Shown: in pieces, positions 1-5,606 of the stretch | Layout: the number at the start of each line of letters is the position of its first letter | Position numbering within the stretch: position 1 is the first letter of the stretch | Source of the DNA: a virus | Lineage: Duplodnaviria; Heunggongvirae; Uroviricota; Caudoviricetes | IMG/VR virus record: IMGVR_UViG_2802429224_000005 | Span: 1-8,452 of that record | Strand: one strand, 5' to 3' | Length of the DNA stretch: 8,452 nt | The notes under the pieces: model-generated | The model's input: only the letters and a program-made list of their open reading frames with translations | Databases searched by the model: none | Told to the model about the DNA's origin: nothing | Translations under genes and position numbers: made by a program

Positions 1-3
1 AAG

Positions 4-480
4 ATGGTGGAAATCAATAATCAACGTAAGGCGTTCCTCGATATGCTGGCGTGGTCAGAGGGAACTGATAACGGACGACAGAAAACCAGAAATCATGGTT
101 ATGACGTCATTGTTGGCGGAGAGCTATTCACTGATTACTCCGATCACCCTCGCAAACTTGTCACGCTAAACCCCAAACTCAAATCAACAGCCGCCGGACG
201 TTACCAGCTTCTTTCCCGTTGGTGGGATGCCTACCGTAAGCAGCTTGGCCTGAAAGATTTCTCTCCGAAAAGCCAGGACGCTGTGGCATTGCAGCAGATT
301 AAGGAGCGTGGCGCTTTACCGATGATTGATCGCGGTGATATCCGTCAGGCAATCGACCGTTGCAGCAATATCTGGGCTTCACTGCCGGGCGCTGGTTATG
401 GTCAGTTCGAGCATAAGGCTGACAGCCTGATTGCAAAATTCAAAGAAGCGGGCGGAACGGTCAGAGAGATTGAGGTATGA
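4..480 (+). CDS. R: Phage endolysin, lambda R-type lytic transglycosylase (158 aa)
   Basis: Full-length ORF starting at ATG 4-6. Translation [26 protein letters not shown]... matches my recollection of lambda R almost residue for residue, including the catalytic Glu19 in the AWSEGT context. The stop overlaps the next gene's start as ATGA (477-480), as in lambda lysis cassettes. Confidence 0.93.
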   Translation: MVEINNQRKAFLDMLAWSEGTDNGRQKTRNHGYDVIVGGELFTDYSDHPRKLVTLNPKLKSTAAGRYQLLSRWWDAYRKQLGLKDFSPKSQDAVALQQIKERGALPMIDRGDIRQAIDRCSNIWASLPGAGYGQFEHKADSLIAKFKEAGGTVREIEV

Positions 481-944
481 GCAGAGTCACCGCGATTATC
501 TCCGCTCTGGTTATCTGCATCATCGTCTGCCTGTCATGGGCTGTTAATCATTACCGTGATAACGCCATCGCCTATAAAGAACAGCGTGATAAAAAAGTCA
601 GTGAGCTGAAGCAGGCGACCGCCACCATTACTGACATGCAGCAGCGCCAGCGTGCTGCTGATGCACTCGATGCTAAATACACGAAGGAGTTAGCTGATGC
701 GAAAGCTGAAAATGATGCTCTTCGGCGCAAGCTTGATAATGGTGGCAGGGTGCTCGTCAAAGGAAAATGCCCTGTGCCATCCTCAGCCGAAACCTCCAGC
801 GCCTCCGGCATGGGCAATGATGCCACCGTCGAACTCTCTCCAGTTGCTGGACGAAACGTTCTCGGTATCCGGGACGGAATTATCCGCGACCAAACAGCAC
901 TGAGAACGCTTCAGGAATACATCAGGACGCAATGCCTTCGATGA
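477..944 (+). CDS. Rz: Rz-type i-spanin (inner-membrane spanin subunit, 155 aa)
   Basis: Immediately follows R with an ATGA overlap; GAGG RBS 5 nt upstream. N-terminal hydrophobic helix ([18 protein letters not shown]), then a charged coiled-coil-like region ([54 protein letters not shown]). The N-terminal half resembles lambda Rz as I recall it. Contains an embedded +1-frame ORF (Rz1). Confidence 0.85.
   Translation: MSRVTAIISALVICIIVCLSWAVNHYRDNAIAYKEQRDKKVSELKQATATITDMQQRQRAADALDAKYTKELADAKAENDALRRKLDNGGRVLVKGKCPVPSSAETSSASGMGNDATVELSPVAGRNVLGIRDGIIRDQTALRTLQEYIRTQCLR
697..903 (+). CDS. Rz1: Rz1-type o-spanin (outer-membrane lipoprotein spanin subunit, 68 aa), fully embedded in the +1 frame of Rz
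   Basis: ORF lies wholly inside Rz in another frame. AAGGAG RBS at 684-689, 7 nt before ATG 697. Product [24 protein letters not shown]... has a lipoprotein signal with a lipobox-like VAGC, followed by a proline-rich stretch ([16 protein letters not shown]) similar to lambda Rz1 (KPPPPPAW). Confidence 0.8.
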   Translation: MRKLKMMLFGASLIMVAGCSSKENALCHPQPKPPAPPAWAMMPPSNSLQLLDETFSVSGTELSATKQH

Positions 945-1118
945 TAGCGATAATTTTACTCATCATCCTTCACATCTGGCTCTGTAGACAGGGTGGTGCT
1001 TACTTCTGGAGCGAATCCAGATTAAACATCTCATTGCTGATGCTTGAATTTAAGCATATGGCGCGCGGTAAGGGGCTGCGTTGAGACAAGAGCCAGTTCA
1101 TTACAAATACCAGGATTT

Positions 1119-1144
1119 TGCCTCGCATTCGCGGGGCTTTTTTA
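1119..1144 (+). terminator. Candidate rho-independent terminator in the Rz-rha intergenic region
   Basis: GC-rich imperfect hairpin (CCTCGC-ATTC-GCGGGG, about 6 bp stem with one G-U pair) at about 1121-1136, followed directly by a T tract (CTTTTTT, 1137-1143). Not energy-scored. Confidence 0.35.
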
Positions 1145-1287
1145 CATCTGAATTTCACCGCGCATCTCACGCGCATATTAACGAGAGCCTTTCAGTAAGC
1201 GAGCCTGAGAAATGCCGTTATAGGTGGCGACCTCTCTCGGGCGGCTTTTCTGTGAGACAGGCTCACTTTCTAAAAGGTAAAGACGCT

Positions 1288-1812
1288 ATGAATAATCCGT
1301 CAGTTATTCCGGCCTTTGACTTCCGAGAAATGGTGCAAGCTAAAAACGGAGAGGTCGTTACCACATCCAGAAAAGTTGCTACGTACTTCGGAAAGCGACA
1401 CGGTGATGTGCTCAGGAAAATCGAGCAGGTTAAGGCCGATTGCTCAAGAGAGTTTAGCCAACGCAATTTTGCGTCGGCTGATTATATCGATGAGCAGGGT
1501 AAGGTTCGCCCGATGTATAGCCTGACGAAAGATGGCTGGATCATGGTTGTTATGGGATTCACCGGGAAAGCTGCTGCGGCTATCAAAGAAAGCTACATTT
1601 CAGCGTTCAACTGGATGTCTGAGCAACTTAGCCGTCGCCTGGCCATGGGTGAAGAAATGCAGCACCGCTACGCCATCAAAGAAACGCGCTCAAAGTTGAA
1701 GGGAACGATCGGTAGCCGGTTGATGAATGAGCGGAAGAAAGAGAAGCGCGTTCTTGAGCTCGAGCATGAGCACATCATGCAGGTGACGCAGCCAGAATTG
1801 CTGATTGGCTGA
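1288..1812 (+). CDS. rha: Rha-family phage regulatory protein (Phage_pRha domain), 174 aa
   Basis: Translation from ATG 1288 (MNNPSVIPAFDFREMVQAKNGEVVTTSRKVATYFGKRHGDVLRKIEQ...YIDEQGKVRPMYSLTKDGWIMVVMGFTGKAAAAIKESYISAFNWMSEQL) follows the conserved pattern of the Rha N-terminal domain. The six-frame track extends this ORF to 1081, but that extension starts at TTG and runs through the terminator-like hairpin, so I prefer ATG 1288, which has an AAGG purine-rich patch about 10 nt upstream. Confidence 0.8.
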   Translation: MNNPSVIPAFDFREMVQAKNGEVVTTSRKVATYFGKRHGDVLRKIEQVKADCSREFSQRNFASADYIDEQGKVRPMYSLTKDGWIMVVMGFTGKAAAAIKESYISAFNWMSEQLSRRLAMGEEMQHRYAIKETRSKLKGTIGSRLMNERKKEKRVLELEHEHIMQVTQPELLIG

Positions 1813-1878
1813 TTGACATTACAGAAACTCTTCACTGAGGTGCTTGGACAATGGCGCACCTAACGATGCGCCTAAAAC

Positions 1879-2139
1879 TCAACCCCTGTTGAAATTCTCT
1901 TTTGCTTCATTAATGAGATCTGAAGCGATCCGAAAGCTATTAGGGTTGGAATTGCTAATCAAACCTTTAACTGTTTCTTCTAATTCAATCAGCGCCTGAT
2001 TGCTGTGCGCAGACCTTGCAACGTTAGTCAATAAGGCAACCAAAATTGCCTCATGGGCAATGGCATGTTCTTTATCAGTTGTTTCTATGCGAAGCGGGCT
2101 GTTGGATGATCGTAGGCTTGTTTGGTTGAACGAAGACAT
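1879..2139 (-). CDS. Hypothetical protein (86 aa), predicted mostly helical; function unknown
   Basis: Minus-strand ORF with a canonical GGAGG Shine-Dalgarno about 6 nt upstream of the ATG (reverse complement of 2140-2155 reads ...ATATAGGAGGAAGAATG). Convergent with rha and divergent from the small + ORF at 2193. No family recognised by eye. Confidence 0.55.
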   Translation of the reverse strand: MSSFNQTSLRSSNSPLRIETTDKEHAIAHEAILVALLTNVARSAHSNQALIELEETVKGLISNSNPNSFRIASDLINEAKENFNRG

Positions 2140-2192
2140 TCTTCCTCCTATATGTCATTGGTAATTTTAACCGCCTTTGAAGGTATAACACT

Positions 2193-2399
2193 ATGTCCGA
2201 CATCTACCAAATCACGCTAACCACCCAAACAGGCGAAACCTTCACTGGCAAGATGTCACGACGTCAGCATGAGCTGGTTAATGGCTTTGTGCCGCTGGCG
2301 ACCGAGACAGGCGAGTAGCTGTACTTTGCTCCTGGTGATGCGAAGCGCGTGCAGTTCACGCCAGTAGCGGCAGGACAGACAGAGCAAACGACGGAGTAA
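2193..2399 (+). pseudogene. Small phage ORF interrupted by an in-frame amber (TAG) codon: 41 codons to TAG 2316-2318, reading frame stays open a further 26 codons to TAA 2397-2399
   Basis: Translated codon by codon: MSDIYQITLTTQTGETFTGKMSRRQHELVNGFVPLATETGE-[TAG]-LYFAPGDAKRVQFTPVAAGQTEQTTE-[TAA]. Either a 41-aa product, a nonsense-disrupted 68-codon gene, or an amber-suppressible gene. The RBS is weak (GAAGG about 11 nt upstream). Confidence 0.35.
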
Positions 2400-2496
2400 C
2401 CTATGGCTAACGATGGAGAGCCTAGGTAATGTCCGCCAATTATCTTTCCCGACTCTGGCAACTGGCATCCATGAGCCTTTTTACATATGCTGAGTA

Positions 2497-3402
2497 TTAA
2501 CTGATATATCCATGAGCTTTGAGATAATTTTCCGCAATAATCATACCTACTGGATTGATGACTAGTGAGTCAAGTTCTGTAAGGGTTGAAATACCAAAAG
2601 AGTCGAGAACTAATTTTGTAGCTGGGAATGCTTCATAAAATGATGCATCAGATGTAAGAGTGTCATAACCCGTTCTTTTTGATAATAACTCTAAGTAATT
2701 GATATTATATATTTTATCTGAGAAAAATACGCCTTTAATTTCTAATAGCTGCTGATTTAGGCGTTTGAGGGTGAAATGTTCTCCAAGAAATTTTATATAA
2801 TCTGTTTCATAAACAGCATACATTGACCTATGGATCATGTAATTTTCTTCCAAGGAAATGTTAGGTAGTGAAAAATGAGTACTTTTTTTCTCTGCAAGTT
2901 CTGTGATATTTATACTTCCTACCATCTTATTGATTGAACGTAAAAAATATACAAATGCCAAAAACTTAATATCATTAGTGGTCAGTCTGGATGTTGTATC
3001 TAACGCTTGATCGATCAAAATGCTTTGGTCTTCTTGATCGTTTTCAATTTTAGTAACTATTAACTCCTTAAGAAGTTCTGATTTTGCATCAAACCCCTTT
3101 CTTGCGACCTGAACGACTGCTTGATTGAGGGTGTACTGAATATCGGGATCAGCGAGTTTTGCTCTTAGTTTTTCATCAACATCTTTAGATAGTTTTTCTG
3201 CAATTTGGTGACCAAATTCTTGAGCCCGTGAGTCGACTAAAGCGAATGCATCTTCACGAAGCGAAGCCATTTCACTTTTGACCATTAACTGGCAAATAGC
3301 CATGACCTCAGTAGTGGTGTTGCCAAAGTAGGCATCACCTGTAACTTGTATAGCTGAGGAGTTATCACCCACACTTTGACCGGATTTCTCGAATAAGCTC
3401 AT
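2497..3402 (-). CDS. Hypothetical protein (301 aa), downstream gene of an AT-rich two-gene moron operon; no recognisable catalytic motif; candidate effector or sensor of an undescribed exclusion/defence module
   Basis: Long minus-strand ORF in a compositionally distinct AT-rich segment. The start ATG (3402-3400) overlaps the stop TGA (3401-3399) of the upstream small membrane-protein gene as ATGA, implying translational coupling. N-terminus carries GQSVGDNSSAIQVTGDAY, a near-copy of the motif at the C-terminus of the upstream protein. Confidence 0.7.
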   Translation of the reverse strand: MSLFEKSGQSVGDNSSAIQVTGDAYFGNTTTEVMAICQLMVKSEMASLREDAFALVDSRAQEFGHQIAEKLSKDVDEKLRAKLADPDIQYTLNQAVVQVARKGFDAKSELLKELIVTKIENDQEDQSILIDQALDTTSRLTTNDIKFLAFVYFLRSINKMVGSINITELAEKKSTHFSLPNISLEENYMIHRSMYAVYETDYIKFLGEHFTLKRLNQQLLEIKGVFFSDKIYNINYLELLSKRTGYDTLTSDASFYEAFPATKLVLDSFGISTLTELDSLVINPVGMIIAENYLKAHGYIS

Positions 3403-3644
3403 TCTTTGTCCCTTTCATTAATAGTTATGTTGCCACCAATTTGTATACCGCTAGAGTTATCGCCGATTGTTTGGCTAACACCTTGCTCTTTAGCTTTGTT
3501 GCTTTTTAGATTTGCTAAGGCTGTTAGAAAAACGACCAAACTCGCTAATGCTGCTAGCGCTGTGGATAATGTTTGACTGGTTATGGCTTGATAGCCAAAG
3601 CCTAAAGCCGAACAAAAAGATACAAATACGATTAATTTTCTCAC
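3399..3644 (-). CDS. Small predicted membrane protein (about 81 aa, two hydrophobic helices), upstream gene of the two-gene moron operon
   Basis: Minus-strand ORF with a probable GTG start at 3644 preceded by GGAG with a 6-nt spacer (minus strand reads CTGGAGATTTTCGTG). The alternative ATG at 3686 would put the start inside terS. Product VRKLIVFVSFCSALGFGYQAI...LSTALAALASLVVFLTALANL...GVSQTIGDNSSGIQIGGNITINERDKE has two hydrophobic segments and then a soluble tail carrying the shared motif. Confidence 0.6.
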   Translation of the reverse strand: MRKLIVFVSFCSALGFGYQAITSQTLSTALAALASLVVFLTALANLKSNKAKEQGVSQTIGDNSSGIQIGGNITINERDKE

Positions 3645-3665
3645 GAAAATCTCCAGAGATAAAAC

Positions 3666-4193
3666 ATGGCACTTACTGACAAGCAAGAAATGTTCTGTCG
3701 CGAGTACCTCATCGATTTAAACGCCACGCAAGCGGCTATTCGGGCGGGGTACAGCGCAAAGACAGCTAACCGTACCGCATCCGAAAACCTGTCAAAACCT
3801 GACATCAAGTTAAGAATCGCCGAACTGAAAGCGCAACGCAATGATCTTGTTGGTATTAATGCAGAATATGTACTTAATCGCCTTCTTGAAATCGACCAGA
3901 TGGATGTGCTCGACATTCTCCTGCAAAACGGTGAGTTAAAGCCCATTAAAGACTGGCCTAAGGTATGGCGTACAACGCTATCAGGAATGGATGTCGTGGA
4001 GATGGTATCCGCAGATAGTGCCGCACTTCTGAAGAAAATCAAATGGCCTGATAAGGTTAAAAACCTCGAACTTCTTGGTAAGCATGTTTCCGTTCAGGCG
4101 TTTAAAGAACAATCTTCGCACGAGCTAACAGGCAAAGACGGCGGCGCAATTCAGATTGAAACATCACCGATGAGCACTCTATTCGAAAAATGA
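3666..4193 (+). CDS. terS: Terminase small subunit, Terminase_2 (P27-like) family, 175 aa
   Basis: N-terminus MALTDKQEMFCREYLIDLNATQAAIRAGYSAKTANRTASENLSKPDIKLRIAELKAQR matches the conserved signature of Terminase_2-type small subunits (LTxKQxxFCxEYLxDxNATQAAIRAGYS). Stop overlaps the terL start as ATGA (4190-4193). Confidence 0.85.
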   Translation: MALTDKQEMFCREYLIDLNATQAAIRAGYSAKTANRTASENLSKPDIKLRIAELKAQRNDLVGINAEYVLNRLLEIDQMDVLDILLQNGELKPIKDWPKVWRTTLSGMDVVEMVSADSAALLKKIKWPDKVKNLELLGKHVSVQAFKEQSSHELTGKDGGAIQIETSPMSTLFEK

Positions 4194-5605
4194 ACTCGAT
4201 TAATCCTATCTTTGAACCGTTCATTGAGGCGCATCGCTACAAAGTTGCCAAAGGCGGTCGAGGTAGCGGTAAGTCATGGGCAATTGCGAGACTGCTTGTT
4301 GAAGCGGCGCGTCGGCAGCCTGTGCGTATTCTTTGCGCTCGTGAACTGCAAAACAGTATCAGCGATTCGGTAATCCGACTGCTTGAAGACACCATAGAGC
4401 GGGAAGGGTATTCGGCTGAGTTTGAAATTCAGCGTTCAATGATTCGTCATCTCGGAACGAATGCTGAATTCATGTTCTACGGCATAAAAAACAACCCTAC
4501 GAAGATTAAATCGCTCGAAGGCATTGATATCTGCTGGGTGGAAGAAGCGGAAGCGGTAACGAAGGAATCGTGGGATATCCTGATTCCAACCATCCGTAAG
4601 CCGTTCTCTGAAATATGGGTGAGTTTCAACCCGAAAAACATACTCGACGATACCTATCAGCGGTTCGTCGTAAATCCTCCCGATGATATTTGCCTACTGA
4701 CGGTGAACTACACCGACAACCCGCATTTTCCTGAAGTTCTCCGTCTGGAGATGGAAGAGTGCAAACGCAGAAATCCGACACTGTATCGTCACATCTGGCT
4801 TGGTGAGCCAGTAAGCGCAAGTGATATGGCAATCATCAAACGTGAATGGCTTGAAGCTGCAACCGATGCGCACAAGAAACTCGGATGGAAAGCGAAAGGT
4901 GCGGTTGTCTCTGCACATGACCCATCAGATACAGGGTCAGATGCTAAAGGTTATGTATCGCGTCACGGTTCGGTTGTTAAGCGCATTGCCGAAGGTCTGC
5001 TGATGGACATCAACGAGGGTGCTGACTGGGCTACTTCGCTGGCGATTGAAGACGGCGCTGACCATTACCTGTGGGATGGTGATGGTGTTGGTGCCGGGCT
5101 ACGCAGACAGACAACGGAAGCGTTCTCCGGTAAGAAAATCACCGCCACGATGTTCAAGGGCAGCGAATCGCCATTCGATGAAGATGCACCGTATCAGGCC
5201 GGAGCATGGGCTGATGAAGTCGTACAGGGTGACAACGTTCGCACTATTGGTGATGTATTCCGCAATAAGCGAGCGCAATTCTATTACGCACTGGCTGACA
5301 GGCTGTATCTGACATATCGGGCGGTTGTCCACGGTGAGTATGCAGACCCCGACGACATGCTGAGCTTCGATAAAGAAGCGATAGGCGAGAAGATGCTGGA
5401 GAAGCTGTTTGCAGAACTGACGCAGATTCAGCGCAAATTCAATAACAACGGGAAGCTGGAGCTTATGACTAAGGTCGAAATGAAGCAGAAGCTCGGGATC
5501 CCATCTCCTAACCTGGCTGATGCGTTGATGATGTGTATGCATTTTCCGGAGTCGGCTGCGCAACCCGACTATTCTAGTTACTCAATTCCTTGTGGTGTAG
5601 GTTGA
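4190..5605 (+). CDS. terL: Terminase large subunit (ATPase/nuclease), Terminase_3/PBSX-like, 471 aa
   Basis: Walker A-like VAKGGRGSGKS near the N-terminus and Walker B-like acidic motif DICWVEEAE. Size and position directly downstream of terS and upstream of portal are typical. Confidence 0.9.
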   Translation: MNSINPIFEPFIEAHRYKVAKGGRGSGKSWAIARLLVEAARRQPVRILCARELQNSISDSVIRLLEDTIEREGYSAEFEIQRSMIRHLGTNAEFMFYGIKNNPTKIKSLEGIDICWVEEAEAVTKESWDILIPTIRKPFSEIWVSFNPKNILDDTYQRFVVNPPDDICLLTVNYTDNPHFPEVLRLEMEECKRRNPTLYRHIWLGEPVSASDMAIIKREWLEAATDAHKKLGWKAKGAVVSAHDPSDTGSDAKGYVSRHGSVVKRIAEGLLMDINEGADWATSLAIEDGADHYLWDGDGVGAGLRRQTTEAFSGKKITATMFKGSESPFDEDAPYQAGAWADEVVQGDNVRTIGDVFRNKRAQFYYALADRLYLTYRAVVHGEYADPDDMLSFDKEAIGEKMLEKLFAELTQIQRKFNNNGKLELMTKVEMKQKLGIPSPNLADALMMCMHFPESAAQPDYSSYSIPCGVG

Positions 5606-5606
5606 T

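Noticed and set aside
572-826. 84-aa minus-strand ORF antisense to Rz/Rz1
   Set aside because: Shadow ORF inside two well-supported overlapping genes; Ser/Ala-rich low-complexity translation typical of antisense frames.
1252-1266. Short inverted repeat GTGAG-ACAGG-CTCAC just upstream of the rha start, possible operator
   Set aside because: Only a 5-bp stem; expected frequently by chance.
1081-1287. N-terminal extension of the rha ORF (six-frame track gives 1081..1812, 243 aa)
   Set aside because: The extension begins at a TTG, has no convincing RBS, and contains the terminator-like hairpin and T tract. The conserved Rha domain starts right at ATG 1288.
1263-1859. Small ORFs overlapping rha (1263..1466 minus, 1316..1525 plus, 1668..1859 minus)
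   Set aside because: All lie within or antisense to the strongly supported rha reading frame and have no independent translation signals.
1813-1878. Inverted repeats between the convergent rha and 86-aa genes (AGGTGC...GCACCT and GCGCA...TGCGC around 1838-1872)
   Set aside because: Stems are short with long loops and no flanking T or A tracts; insufficient to call a bidirectional terminator without energy calculation.
2256-2468. Two overlapping minus-strand ORFs (2256..2468 and 2264..2461) antisense to the amber-interrupted ORF
   Set aside because: They overlap each other in different frames, lack RBSs, and have Arg/Leu/Ser/Cys-rich translations typical of spurious frames. I cannot fully exclude that one of them is the real gene in place of the + ORF.
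3490-3672. 60-aa minus-strand ORF nested in another frame within the small membrane-protein gene
   Set aside because: Alternative frame of the same region; the frame with the GGAG-GTG start and the two hydrophobic helices is the more coherent.
3641-4042. 133-aa minus-strand ORF antisense to terS
   Set aside because: Antisense to a confidently identified terminase small subunit, with no RBS. The region more likely carries the promoter of the moron operon than a protein-coding gene.
4626-5563. Several ORFs antisense to or out of frame with terL (4626..4832 minus, 4694..4918 minus, 4821..5003 plus, 5019..5312 plus, 5099..5563 minus)
   Set aside because: Shadow ORFs within the GC-rich terL coding sequence; Arg/Cys-rich translations and no start signals.
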